Below, piece after piece: positions 26,733-35,758 of a stretch of 50,485 nt of DNA. Position 1 is the first letter of the stretch. Every line of letters starts with the position of its first letter. The stretch covers positions 1 through 50,485 of the IMG/VR virus record IMGVR_UViG_3300037518_000427, one strand, 5' to 3'. A model generated the notes under the pieces. That model searched no databases. It saw only the letters and a list, made by a program, of their open reading frames with translations, and was not told where the DNA came from. Source of the stretch: a virus. Lineage: Duplodnaviria > Caudoviricetes. The position numbers and the translations under genes are program-made.

Positions 26733-27003
26733 AGGTCCGCGCCTCGCGAGCCGTCTGGAAGCCGCCCCTCGAAATGGCTTCGCTCAGCCGCCGATTGATC
26801 TCGTCCTTCAAACGAACCCGTTGCTCTCCGGCTGTCCGGGCCTTCCACTCCAGCCCAGCGATCTTCTCCGTGTCGGGATGCTCCTTCCTTCGTTCCGCCA
26901 GGATCGACTCGTTGGCGTGATAGCATTTGATATTTTCTATTGAGAGCTTGTCGATCATCTCGCCGATCGAGCACAGGTAGTCGTAGACCTCCGGCGTGCT
27001 CAT
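26722..27003 (-). CDS. Small helical DUF4254-like protein
   Basis: SIGEMIDKLSIENIK..R..LK.EIN pattern. Confidence 0.65.
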   Translation of the reverse strand: MSTPEVYDYLCSIGEMIDKLSIENIKCYHANESILAERRKEHPDTEKIAGLEWKARTAGEQRVRLKDEINRRLSEAISRGGFQTAREARTYAL

Positions 27004-27662
27004 GCCCGCCTCGCTTCCGTCACGTACCAGTAGCTCTGGTACTCGGGCCACTCGTTGCGACACCGGGTATCGAGCATCACGCCGCCGCACGCCTTGACGA
27101 GCAAGGCTGCGTAGTCTGGGTCTCGCACCATCCGCCCCCCCATCATGGAAGGAGTGTTTTGGACGTGGGGCGTGCCTTCCTCGCCCACGATGGATTCGGG
27201 CAGATTGTTCTCGCCCGGCACATGGGAGCCGGCCCACTGGATGACGAAGCGTCCGTGCTCGGTGAGCGACCGGAAGACGTGTGGGAATTGCCAGATGATG
27301 TCGGCCTCGCTCATGTGCTGAGTCACCAGGTGGGAGATCGCAAGGTCGAAGGAATCAGACGGCAAGGCTCCAGCGAGCCGGTGGAGATAGCCTCGTTCGG
27401 TGCAATCCAGCACGGTTTGGAGAGCCCGCTCGCAGATGTCGAGGGCGCTGACGACGCAGCCGCGCCTGGCCATCTCATGAGTGGCATGCCCGCGGCCTAC
27501 TCCGATCTCCAAGACACGCAGGCCCTTCCTGAACTTGTGCTCGGGGATCCCGAGGTACTTCGAGTAGTTGGCGAGGTGGCTTCCAGTGAGGGCGGTTTCC
27601 TTCTGCTCCTCGTGGTAGCGCTGCCAGTTCTTCTCCATCTGTAGAGTTGCTGCGTCCATCAC
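27000..27662 (-). CDS. Class I SAM-dependent methyltransferase
   Basis: VLEIGVGRG, ALDI, FDLAIS..V.QH, L...GRF. Confidence 0.88.
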   Translation of the reverse strand: MMDAATLQMEKNWQRYHEEQKETALTGSHLANYSKYLGIPEHKFRKGLRVLEIGVGRGHATHEMARRGCVVSALDICERALQTVLDCTERGYLHRLAGALPSDSFDLAISHLVTQHMSEADIIWQFPHVFRSLTEHGRFVIQWAGSHVPGENNLPESIVGEEGTPHVQNTPSMMGGRMVRDPDYAALLVKACGGVMLDTRCRNEWPEYQSYWYVTEARRA

Positions 27663-28402
27663 TTTCCTTCTTTGAGGTGTGCGAATCGTTTCGGCTTTTG
27701 CTGGCGCCGCTCGACAGCTTCGTGGTGGTAGCAGATCGAGTCCTTACAGAGCACGAAGCGGGCCCCTCCCTCCGCGCAGCGCCCGAAGAAACGACGATCC
27801 GGCGCATCCTTTTGCCCATCGAGAGAGACTTCCCATGGTCCGTACCGCTCCCACCAGGAGCGATGGAGGATGTAGGGGAAGGTGGCGATCGCCCGCCAGC
27901 CCCCGGCCTGATCTGCCGTGACCACACGATCCAGATAGAGACGATCGTGGAGGGTCCGGAAACGCCCGGTCTGGAACTTCCCGTATTCGGGAATCCCGAA
28001 GTTGGCGGTCACCACGCCCATGCCTTCACCCTTGATCGGGGTCACGTGGACGGAGTTCGGGATGGTCTCGGGGTTGGCCCGGCGGACCAAGTTGACGAGC
28101 CAGTTGCTCCCGAAGGCCATATCGGTGTTGACCAGGCACACGTAGTCGGCCCGCTCGTAGCCGTACTCGAAGCCGGCATTGAACATGGCGCGGAGGTTGG
28201 GCAGGTAGTCGAGGCGCGGGTTGGTCTCGTAGCGGCCTCCCGCAATGCCCTGCTGGGCCAGCCAGCGGTCGACTTCCACGGTGGGATCCCAGGTCATCAC
28301 GTGGTAGTCGACTTCCTGACCGGCGTTCTCCCGAAGCATGTCGCTGGAGAAGCGGAGCATCTCGTAGGCGGCGGTACAGAAGTTGATGACCGCGACCCTC
28401 AT
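27659..28402 (-). CDS. GT-A fold glycosyltransferase-like protein
   Basis: N.GF...DYV.LVNTDM.F..NWL..L, D..FF.R, CYH. Confidence 0.7.
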   Translation of the reverse strand: MRVAVINFCTAAYEMLRFSSDMLRENAGQEVDYHVMTWDPTVEVDRWLAQQGIAGGRYETNPRLDYLPNLRAMFNAGFEYGYERADYVCLVNTDMAFGSNWLVNLVRRANPETIPNSVHVTPIKGEGMGVVTANFGIPEYGKFQTGRFRTLHDRLYLDRVVTADQAGGWRAIATFPYILHRSWWERYGPWEVSLDGQKDAPDRRFFGRCAEGGARFVLCKDSICYHHEAVERRQQKPKRFAHLKEGK

Positions 28403-29181
28403 ATGGCGACCTCCTGGAGCGTCGCGAGCAGCGCACGACGGACGGCGCCATGCCTTGGGAGCGTCTCCGGGGTGGTCTTCTGGCTCCAGTCGCTGTTGGT
28501 GCCGCCGTACCATTCGATCCCAACGGTCTGTTCGGGGATTCGAGGGTAGTCATCCGCTTCGAAGAGCCACCGTCGATACTTGGCCCAGAGATGGCCCGCC
28601 CATGGGTTCAAGATCGTCTCGGGAAGCGTGCCCGGTACGGTCTGGTCGAGACACTGCTCGCCGCAGCTCGCGTAGACCTGGGGGTTACAGGCGAGCATCG
28701 CGTTGGCGAGCGCCTTCTCCCAGACCGGATCAGGGGAGCCCGCAAGGAGCGAGATCGTGGCGTAGCCGGCTCTGGGAAGCCCCGAGTAGCGGACGAAGTT
28801 GACCGGGCCGCGGAACTGGGGGAGCGGCTTCAGCCAAACGATGTCCATGTCTGCGACGACGCCTCCGAGGTTGGATAGGATCCACCAGCCGAGCATGTCG
28901 CAGGTCTGGACATCAGGAGCCCGGAAGGCCGCCACCTCCGGTGCTAGGTTTTCGAGATAGACGATCTCGACCGGAAGCGTCTTGATGCGTGGGAACCAAT
29001 CCGTGCTTGGCTCAGGGCGTTGAAAGTCCTGCTTCTCGGCCCAATCGTAGGAACCGCGCACGGGGTCGCGCCGGACCACGAGGCGGATGTCTTCATGGAA
29101 CCGGCAAGCCGAGACCAGGGTCATGTACCGGAGCCACGACATGGTCGGTTGGCCCCAGAAGAACCACAGGGGACCGGTCAT
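28399..29181 (-). CDS. DxD glycosyltransferase (GT32/Gly_transf_sug-like)
   Basis: FFWG..MSWLRY.T..S, D.L.W.IL..GGVVADMD. Confidence 0.8.
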   Translation of the reverse strand: MTGPLWFFWGQPTMSWLRYMTLVSACRFHEDIRLVVRRDPVRGSYDWAEKQDFQRPEPSTDWFPRIKTLPVEIVYLENLAPEVAAFRAPDVQTCDMLGWWILSNLGGVVADMDIVWLKPLPQFRGPVNFVRYSGLPRAGYATISLLAGSPDPVWEKALANAMLACNPQVYASCGEQCLDQTVPGTLPETILNPWAGHLWAKYRRWLFEADDYPRIPEQTVGIEWYGGTNSDWSQKTTPETLPRHGAVRRALLATLQEVAI

Positions 29182-29354
29182 TCGCTCTCCGCCACGGTTT
29201 GGTTGTCGTCGGCTTCCTCGAGTTCAGCGGCTTTCTTGGCCGCATCATCGAAGCGCAGCGGTTTGCCTGCATCGATCGTCTGCCCTGTTTCGGCGTCGAT
29301 CACGAAGAACCAGCCGGACACTCCCGAGGGCGTCACACGGTAACGGATGCTCAT
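29178..29354 (-). CDS. Hypothetical 58-aa protein (MSIRYRVTPSGVSGWFFVID...)
   Basis: Read manually; ATGA overlaps at both ends. Confidence 0.6.
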   Translation of the reverse strand: MSIRYRVTPSGVSGWFFVIDAETGQTIDAGKPLRFDDAAKKAAELEEADDNQTVAESE

Positions 29355-29548
29355 GAGGGCTTCTCCTCTTCATCTTCGCGTGGCGGATGACCCGCCCGGT
29401 CTACCATCAGGATCACCTCAGAGATCGCACAGAGCGCCAGGATGCGGCCATCGGTGCTCCGGATGACGGTGAGGTCGTCGCCACCGATGCAGCGGAGTTC
29501 TTCGCCGGCCTCCATGACGAGGCATCCGGTGTCCTGATCGAACTTCAC
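29351..29548 (-). CDS. Hypothetical protein
   Basis: Translationally coupled on both sides. Confidence 0.55.
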   Translation of the reverse strand: MKFDQDTGCLVMEAGEELRCIGGDDLTVIRSTDGRILALCAISEVILMVDRAGHPPREDEEEKPS

Positions 29549-29985
29549 CGGCCGCGTTCCTTATCGTAGGCACGCTCGGCGTCGGTTCTGGGGTCGGGTG
29601 CTCCGTGGAACTGATTGCTGTTGTCGAACTTGCTCGCGCAGGTATCGACTGTTTTGTCATCAGGTGGTCGGCACACCTTGGAATACTCTCGATAGCCCTG
29701 ACCAGTGCCCAAGTTGGTCGAATCACGGAATGGTCCATCGAAGTGTACCGGAGTCTCCGAGACGGCTTGGGAGTCGGCCATGTGGAGTTTGTATCGACGG
29801 ACCACGTCGACCGCGGCAGCGAACTCAGTGTCCTTGACGTTCCGTTCCGTTGTGATGACAACACACTCGTCGGGGACGATCTCGATCGTCACGCGCCGTA
29901 CTTCCGTGCCGTTGAGATCAACCCCGAGCGCCTCGAGCAACTCGTGGGCGATCGCGTCAGTTCCGGCAATGGCTCTACTGGGCAT
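29545..29985 (-). CDS. Hypothetical protein
   Basis: GGAGG RBS; fits tiling. Confidence 0.6.
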   Translation of the reverse strand: MPSRAIAGTDAIAHELLEALGVDLNGTEVRRVTIEIVPDECVVITTERNVKDTEFAAAVDVVRRYKLHMADSQAVSETPVHFDGPFRDSTNLGTGQGYREYSKVCRPPDDKTVDTCASKFDNSNQFHGAPDPRTDAERAYDKERGR

Positions 29986-30598
29986 GGGCGATACCCTCCT
30001 TCATGTTCGAGCACTTACGAGTCATCCATTGATCGACGTAGAACTCACCAGGCATTCCAATCTCGTTCCTGAAGGCATGGCATGCGCCAGACGCTCCATC
30101 AGACCAGTCTTCAACCGCATCGTCAGCTAGCAGGATTCCACCGGGCGATAACTGACTCCATGCCCATCGCAATGCAGCGAGTTGTGGTTGATGATGGTCG
30201 AGGTCGACATAGGCGCACGCCAACGGCAGGGCCTTCGGAAAGCATGCTGGGACAAAGCCTGCATGGACCACGTATTGAGACTGCGAAAGTCCCAAGTCGC
30301 TCATTGCTGCATGAAAGCCGTCAACCCCACCAATGCTGAATCGCCCCTTCGGATAGTTGGCACCATCGGTTGGGCCGGGGGCAGCCATGCCTTGGAAACT
30401 ATCGAACGCATGGGCCTTTTTTCCGTACCGGTGCGCCGCAGCAACAATGTGCTGAAAGGTGGCGCCGGAATACACTCCGATCTCTGCATAGTCTCCTTCG
30501 ATGTTTCGTGCCAGATGAAAGACCTTGTGGATCATTTGGATCTTGCGCTGACGCTGCTTCGGCGCTGCCGATAGCGCTGAGTTCTTGATCGTCTTCAT
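29975..30598 (-). CDS. TylF/MycF/NovP-family sugar O-methyltransferase
   Basis: GDYAEIGVYSG, FDSFQGM, G....F, YVDLD, GGILL.DD. Confidence 0.85.
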   Translation of the reverse strand: MKTIKNSALSAAPKQRQRKIQMIHKVFHLARNIEGDYAEIGVYSGATFQHIVAAAHRYGKKAHAFDSFQGMAAPGPTDGANYPKGRFSIGGVDGFHAAMSDLGLSQSQYVVHAGFVPACFPKALPLACAYVDLDHHQPQLAALRWAWSQLSPGGILLADDAVEDWSDGASGACHAFRNEIGMPGEFYVDQWMTRKCSNMKEGIAHAQ

Positions 30599-31362
30599 CG
30601 CGCCACCTGCTCTGGCACCATGGCCCGCGCCTCTTCCAACCACCGCACCCCCGTCACATCCGCTGGTCGGGGCGAGCCGTGGAAGCAGACCACCCGCGCA
30701 TCTGCAGGAAGCCTCTGCCCCGAGCGGCTCCGGATGTGCTTCTTGTAGCTGTAGATTCCAGAAATGGCCTGATCGATGCTGGGCCAGGTGGCGCCGGCCG
30801 GCCGGTTGAGTTGTTTGAAGAGCCAGTCGCCATCGCCACGGTAGTGCCCACTCTGGAACGTCCCATCGACCCCGCCGCGGCGGTTGCGCCAGGTCGCCCC
30901 TGCGGCATCGATCTGGAACTGGTGGACGATCTCTTGCTGGGACCCTTTCCAAGCGAGAATCCCTGAATTACCCCGACCGCTATTGAAGTCTCGGAGCATC
31001 AGGATTACCTGTGGGTCAGGGTGCTTCGCCAAGTGGGCGAAGATCGGACTGAGATCGCCCACCACGACCGTATCGAGGTCGAGATAGACCATGGGGCCGG
31101 GGATCGTGAAGATTTCGATCTTGCTCCACCAACCCGGCCATGTCTCGCGAAGGCGCAGCGGGAAAACGACCGTGCCTTCCAGCGGACCGCAGGCGCTTGT
31201 CACCTCGCTGGCCAGATCGGTCAGGCAGATGAGCCGGATCTTGTGGTGTGGATGGTTGCGGACGAGTCCTGCGGCCAGGTTGCGGACGTACTCGCCGGAG
31301 TAGTCCCCGCCCGATCGGTAGACGCAGCAGAACGGAAGTGTGTTCTGTGCGGCGGCATTCAT
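30595..31362 (-). CDS. GT8-like DxD glycosyltransferase
   Basis: WPGWWSK..F, YLDLDTVV.G, NSG, GD..W, VVCFHG.PRP. Confidence 0.85.
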   Translation of the reverse strand: MNAAAQNTLPFCCVYRSGGDYSGEYVRNLAAGLVRNHPHHKIRLICLTDLASEVTSACGPLEGTVVFPLRLRETWPGWWSKIEIFTIPGPMVYLDLDTVVVGDLSPIFAHLAKHPDPQVILMLRDFNSGRGNSGILAWKGSQQEIVHQFQIDAAGATWRNRRGGVDGTFQSGHYRGDGDWLFKQLNRPAGATWPSIDQAISGIYSYKKHIRSRSGQRLPADARVVCFHGSPRPADVTGVRWLEEARAMVPEQVAR

Positions 31363-31994
31363 GCCGGCACCTTGAGCGGTGGCAAGACCGTCTCAGGATC
31401 AACGATCGGCCAGACTAGGAGGTCCGAGCCAGGCGTCGCGTTCAGGACCTCGACACCCTGGGCAGCGATCGACTGCGCCAGCAACGGAAATCCGGTCAGG
31501 TAGCGCTTGAAGGTTCTGGCGTTGACGTCCTTGAAGACATGGTCGGGATGCCAGTTGAGCCCGTTGCGGTCGTGCATGTCGTAGCCGAGAAGGACGATGC
31601 GCTTGACGCCGAAGTGGTAGGCCAGGTTGATCGCGGCGGCTCCCGAACTGAGGTTCCAGGAAAGCTGTCCAGAATCAAGGCTGAGGTTCTGCCGTCCCTG
31701 GATCTTGCGGAGCCTGTGGATGCCAGGCTCTTTGTCATGGCGCTGGCACGTCGTCACTTTGAGGCCGGGCCAGCGACGCAGGTCCCCGCGGTGATGCTCC
31801 TCGTCATCCAGCCACGGGCAGTCGCCGTAGAACATCACGTCGATCCATGTGCCGAGCTTGTAGGCGTTGTTGATCGCGATGACGTGCTCGCCGCGCAAAC
31901 GGTTCACGTCGATCTTCTTGAGGCTGGGGCCACCCCCCAGGATGAAGCACGTCTGGCCGGGCCAGAGCCGCGGCACGCGCCACTGGCTGGTCAT
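31359..31994 (-). CDS. Maf/DUF115 (MptE-like) fold protein, candidate sugar transferase
   Basis: CFILGGGPSL, IAINNA, SSGAAAINLAY.FG.K.I.LLGYD, NATP.S. Confidence 0.8.
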   Translation of the reverse strand: MTSQWRVPRLWPGQTCFILGGGPSLKKIDVNRLRGEHVIAINNAYKLGTWIDVMFYGDCPWLDDEEHHRGDLRRWPGLKVTTCQRHDKEPGIHRLRKIQGRQNLSLDSGQLSWNLSSGAAAINLAYHFGVKRIVLLGYDMHDRNGLNWHPDHVFKDVNARTFKRYLTGFPLLAQSIAAQGVEVLNATPGSDLLVWPIVDPETVLPPLKVPA

Positions 31995-32009
31995 TTGGCC
32001 TCCAGGACC

Positions 32010-32060
32010 TGGGGCAGGAGCGATCCATGTGGGCGCCCACTCTTATGCGCTCCTGCCCCA
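32010..32060 (-). promoter_or_regulatory. Strong stem-loop between capsid gene and glyco cluster
   Basis: 13-bp IR TGGGGCAGGAGCG/CGCTCCTGCCCCA with inner GTGGG/CCCAC; no U tract. Confidence 0.6.
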
Positions 32061-32108
32061 TTGCACCACCATCGTCGGCTCGGCATCTCCGATACCTACC
32101 TTCCGTGC

Positions 32109-33110
32109 CTAGACGCTGTAGTGCTGGAGACCCGAACGGCCTTCCTGGTCGGCCCGGATCAGCGGGATCATGATTGCCATGACCTTGAAGTTCAGGAGCA
32201 TCCCACCGTGGGTTTCCCACTGAACCACCGTGACCGGCATCGCGTTGACGACCTGAACCGTTTCGGCCTGCATCTCGACCAGCACGACCTGGTCGGCCGC
32301 GAGCTTCTGCGAGACCCGGATTCCGCGGATGCCTTCAAGATCCATGAGCCGCTGGCGGATGGTCTTGTCGCTCTCCGCCTTGTAGTCGTCGCCCAGAGCG
32401 GTCATGTAGCCGCCCGGGACGTAGAGCATGAAGGGTCCGTAGTGGAGATCGTCGAAGGCCGACTGGATCATGCTCTGGACATCGCCCAGAATCTGAGCGC
32501 CCGTCGCCGAGTCCCAAGCCGCCGTCAGGCTTCCCGTGTTCCGGGTTGTGGCGTCGGTGTAGCCGCGGATCGTGTAGGTGCCGAAGGTGTAGGCTGAGGC
32601 TCCATTGAAGAGGATGTCCTCGATCTTCTCTGCGACCTTCCGGCTCGCGATCTGCGCCTGGGTGAAGTCGAGCGGGCTTGCGCCCCGCCGCGATGCCTCC
32701 AGCTTGCGGATTCCGATCTGGAAGTCCTTGTGGACGATCGGCAGGGGCAATCCCTTGAGCGTGTACTCGAGGGTGTCGTTCTGCCCCTTGACGAGCCCGT
32801 CCATCGAGAGGATGGCCGGGTTCATGTCGCTCTCGTCCTCGTACTCGTAGATGGTCGTGCCGAGGCCGTTCTCGATCGGGATGTCCAGGCCGGCTCGGGC
32901 CAAGTCTCCGATCCCGACCAGCCGCTCGGTGGCGATCTTCACGACCTGATCGCTCATCTGCTTCCACTGGTCCTTGCGGAGCGTGTCGTTCGTCCGCAAG
33001 CAGTTCACGTCCATGTTGTTGCGCAGCAGTTTCGTCGCAACATCTCCATGGGCGATCCCATTGTGGATGAAATCCACCTGGGCCGGGCCTTTCACCAATC
33101 CTTGTGGCAT
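32109..33110 (-). CDS. Major capsid protein (HK97 fold, linocin/encapsulin-like family)
   Basis: LRTNDTLRKD.W, PLPI.HKDF.I..R.L.ASR, A.RKVAE.IE; position after decoration gene. Confidence 0.88.
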   Translation of the reverse strand: MPQGLVKGPAQVDFIHNGIAHGDVATKLLRNNMDVNCLRTNDTLRKDQWKQMSDQVVKIATERLVGIGDLARAGLDIPIENGLGTTIYEYEDESDMNPAILSMDGLVKGQNDTLEYTLKGLPLPIVHKDFQIGIRKLEASRRGASPLDFTQAQIASRKVAEKIEDILFNGASAYTFGTYTIRGYTDATTRNTGSLTAAWDSATGAQILGDVQSMIQSAFDDLHYGPFMLYVPGGYMTALGDDYKAESDKTIRQRLMDLEGIRGIRVSQKLAADQVVLVEMQAETVQVVNAMPVTVVQWETHGGMLLNFKVMAIMIPLIRADQEGRSGLQHYSV

Positions 33111-33179
33111 TGCGAGGCTCCCTCCTCTTTTCTGGGTATGGCCGGGGTGCCTCTTTCCTTGGCTTCCGGCCCCTTGTTC

Positions 33180-33614
33180 CTAGACGCAGACCACCGCGAT
33201 CCGAGTGTTGGCCGAAGCAGCGTCGACGGCCTCGATCGCCTTGAAGCGGACCGCTTCCGTCGAGAGATAGCTCGGGGTATCGACGTCAGCCGCCTGGAGC
33301 GTCCCATCGCCGGCCGACTCCAGATCGTCACCGATCGCGACGTTCTCGCCGAGCTTGAGCCAGGCCGCGACCTCGTCACCCGACTCGAAGATGCCCATCT
33401 TCGCCTGGTTGGCGGTCACGTAGGCATCGGCCACGGCCTTGCCTTGGTTCTCGTCTTCCAGAGCGAACATGAGCTCGCAGTTGCCGCCGGCCGTCGCGTG
33501 CTTCTTGACTCCGGTGCTGGTCCGCTCGCAGAGATGGCCTGGCGTGATGGCCTCGTCCGCCTCGAACTCCACGATGGTCGGATCCCCCTTCAAGAGGATC
33601 GTCCGGTAAGCCAT
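33180..33614 (-). CDS. Capsid decoration/cement protein
   Basis: A.EAITPG.L, A.ED..QG...DAY, GD.LESAGDG.L; immediately before capsid. Confidence 0.8.
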   Translation of the reverse strand: MAYRTILLKGDPTIVEFEADEAITPGHLCERTSTGVKKHATAGGNCELMFALEDENQGKAVADAYVTANQAKMGIFESGDEVAAWLKLGENVAIGDDLESAGDGTLQAADVDTPSYLSTEAVRFKAIEAVDAASANTRIAVVCV

Positions 33615-33629
33615 GAGTGTCCTCCTTGC

Positions 33630-33677
33630 CCCCGTTCCCTCGGGGCGCGTTCAGTCCCTATCCCCGTTCCCTCGGGG
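33630..33677. repeat. 16-bp direct repeat CCCCGTTCCCTCGGGG x2, each a mini-hairpin
   Basis: Copies at 33630-33645 and 33662-33677. Confidence 0.85.
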
Positions 33678-33688
33678 ACTCCGCAGCG

Positions 33689-35161
33689 CTAGACCTTCTG
33701 GGCCCGGAGCGCGTCCATCACGTTGGGCATGGGCTCGATCGCGTCTTCGTTCGCGACTGGCCGCGGGGATCCGCCGTTGGCTGCGAAGTTGACCGTGGTC
33801 TCGGCAAGCTCCGCGAGCGTCTCCAGCTCCTCGATCTCCTTGGCTTCGAGCTGCTCCTTGGTGAACTTGCAGCGCTCGTTCGTCATGAGCGCGCTCACGA
33901 GGGCATTCTTCTGCGCTCGATCGCGGGCCAGGGCACGGTTGAGAGAGGCGGCGATCTCGGGTGGAGCATTCGCCACGAACTGCTCTGCCGTCTGCTTCGC
34001 CGGCTCGGGAGGAGTGGGCGGAGGCGGTGGCGGTGCAGGAGGCGTCACCTTCTTCGCGAGATCCGCCTCCAGTGCGGTGAGCTTTGCGACAGTGGCCTCG
34101 GCGTTCGCCACCATCTTGGTGAGGGTCATCTCCTCGAGCGCCTCCAAAGACGCTCGATCAGCCTCCTCGAAACCGCAGTTGCAGCCGACGATCTTGTCGA
34201 CCAGTTCCTTCTTGGACACGCTTTCCTCCTCATTCTCGGCCGGCGGCGTGCCGGGCGTTGTCTCGTTCCCAACAGGCACCTCCGGCTCATCATCCGAGAG
34301 TGCTTCGAGCAAATCGCTGACCAGCTTCCTGGCGCGAACGAACACGGTTGGCTTGGGCATGGAGCCTCCTTGCGCCTGCGCAGCACGCACCCCGCAACCG
34401 TCTTGCCGGCTGCAGGCACCTTTGCCTCCCGGAAGGAGTGCGAGGTGATCGGGTTGGTAATTGCGGACCGTCGACTCGAAGGCTTCGCCGTGCCAGACGC
34501 CGGCAATGCCGTCAGCCGCGTCGAAGAGACCGGTGGAGACCTCCAGCGTGCCGGCCTCGATCTCGGCAACCACCCGTTGGTCTATGCGGCTGGCTTTCTC
34601 TTCATCGACCCAGAGTTCACCGACCAGCTTTTTGCCATCGTCCTTGGACTGAACATTGAAAAGCCAGCCCACTCCGCGTTCTGCGATCACTTCGGGCGTG
34701 CGGGCGGAAACGAAGTCATCACCCCGCTTGGGGTGGATCACGGGAAGCGGCATGCCGTTCCATCGCTGGGCGGATTTCTCGATCTCGCGGGCCGGATAGA
34801 AGACTGCCCCACCGCTACCCTTGTGAACCCCCTCCACGAGAAGGACGACGGGCGCCACGATGTGCTTCTTGCCGTCGAACATCTCGCGGCGAAGGGCGTT
34901 GGCCTGGATCTCGGCAGCGTTCATGCGGGCGGCGGACTCGAACATCATGGGCGAATGCCCGTGTTCCTTGAGCCACTTCCGTGCCATCGCGGGGGTGAAG
35001 TGGGCTGCGTCGAAACGGATCGCCTGCAGGACCGATTTGCCGTTCTTCATCCCGAACACGGCGTCGATGCCTCGGCCGAACTTGTTGTTCTTGCGCCGGA
35101 TACGATCGAACTGCTTCGGATCGGCCATCCGGGCGGCGTGTTCGGTCCGAAAGGGCATCAC
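33689..35161 (-). CDS. Prohead protease (DUF2213-like) fused to scaffold, with extra N-terminal domain
   Basis: EVSTG, PDHLALLP..GACS..GCG; Pro/Glu/Ala-rich C-terminus. Confidence 0.85.
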   Translation of the reverse strand: MMPFRTEHAARMADPKQFDRIRRKNNKFGRGIDAVFGMKNGKSVLQAIRFDAAHFTPAMARKWLKEHGHSPMMFESAARMNAAEIQANALRREMFDGKKHIVAPVVLLVEGVHKGSGGAVFYPAREIEKSAQRWNGMPLPVIHPKRGDDFVSARTPEVIAERGVGWLFNVQSKDDGKKLVGELWVDEEKASRIDQRVVAEIEAGTLEVSTGLFDAADGIAGVWHGEAFESTVRNYQPDHLALLPGGKGACSRQDGCGVRAAQAQGGSMPKPTVFVRARKLVSDLLEALSDDEPEVPVGNETTPGTPPAENEEESVSKKELVDKIVGCNCGFEEADRASLEALEEMTLTKMVANAEATVAKLTALEADLAKKVTPPAPPPPPPTPPEPAKQTAEQFVANAPPEIAASLNRALARDRAQKNALVSALMTNERCKFTKEQLEAKEIEELETLAELAETTVNFAANGGSPRPVANEDAIEPMPNVMDALRAQKV

Positions 35162-35397
35162 TCACCCCCTGCTTCGGGAAGCATTTCGAGCGCTTCGACG
35201 AGATACTGGCGTGCCTGCAACTCGATATCGAGCCCGCCGTAGCTCTTTTGGCTCAGGCACCGCATGGCTAACTGCAACCGTTCTCGGAGCGGCTCCACCC
35301 ACATTTCAGAGGTCACTTCGGGAGCGCAAATTGCCAACTCCAGCCGGATGTGCTCCGGCATATTGACGGTCAGCCCTGGAAACCTCTCACTGGCCAT
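35158..35397 (-). CDS. Hypothetical protein
   Basis: GTGA overlap with protease start region. Confidence 0.5.
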   Translation of the reverse strand: MASERFPGLTVNMPEHIRLELAICAPEVTSEMWVEPLRERLQLAMRCLSQKSYGGLDIELQARQYLVEALEMLPEAGGE

Positions 35398-35470
35398 TCA
35401 GTTACCCTGTTCCGATTCCGGGTTCGCCAAAGAGTCTCCGCATAGACGTACGTCCTTGGCAACACAAATC

Positions 35471-35758
35471 TTATCTATTCTCGACAACAATGCCGAAGGT
35501 CCGTTCGTCAATTCTCCCGGCGGAGGTCGTGATCTGGTTGGCGACGGTGTAGACTTCGCCGGCCGTTCCCCCCGAGAGCCAGACCGTGGTGGTCGTCTCG
35601 GTATTGCTCTCGGAATCCTTGGTGAGCCCTGTCTGAACGGTCCAGACCGAGTCCGTGATGGTCTCGCCGCTGGAGAGCCAGTCGTCCGCCTCCCAGTCGA
35701 ATCCATAGTCTAAGGTCGCATCTGGGTCTTTGCGGAAAGTGCGTATCAGCGTCGTCAT
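35471..35758 (-). CDS. Small fibre-adaptor-like virion protein
   Basis: KDPDA.LDY.FDW..WL..GETI..S.W...WLSGG..G..Y...N.I.T..GR..ER. Confidence 0.8.
   Translation of the reverse strand: MTTLIRTFRKDPDATLDYGFDWEADDWLSSGETITDSVWTVQTGLTKDSESNTETTTTVWLSGGTAGEVYTVANQITTSAGRIDERTFGIVVENR

Noticed and set aside
23280-31994. DNA hypermodification pathway
   Set aside because: No hydroxymethylase, TET/JBP, kinase or polymerase recognised, and the cluster is in the late operon; disfavoured but not excluded
32109-33110. Encapsulin or bacteriocin
   Set aside because: Context (protease, decoration, portal) shows it is the phage capsid
33617-35242. 541-aa plus-strand ORF, and similar long antisense ORFs (24031-25224, 16168-17175, 40151-41134, 49034-50422)
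   Set aside because: Antisense shadows of GC3-rich genes with no motifs or RBS
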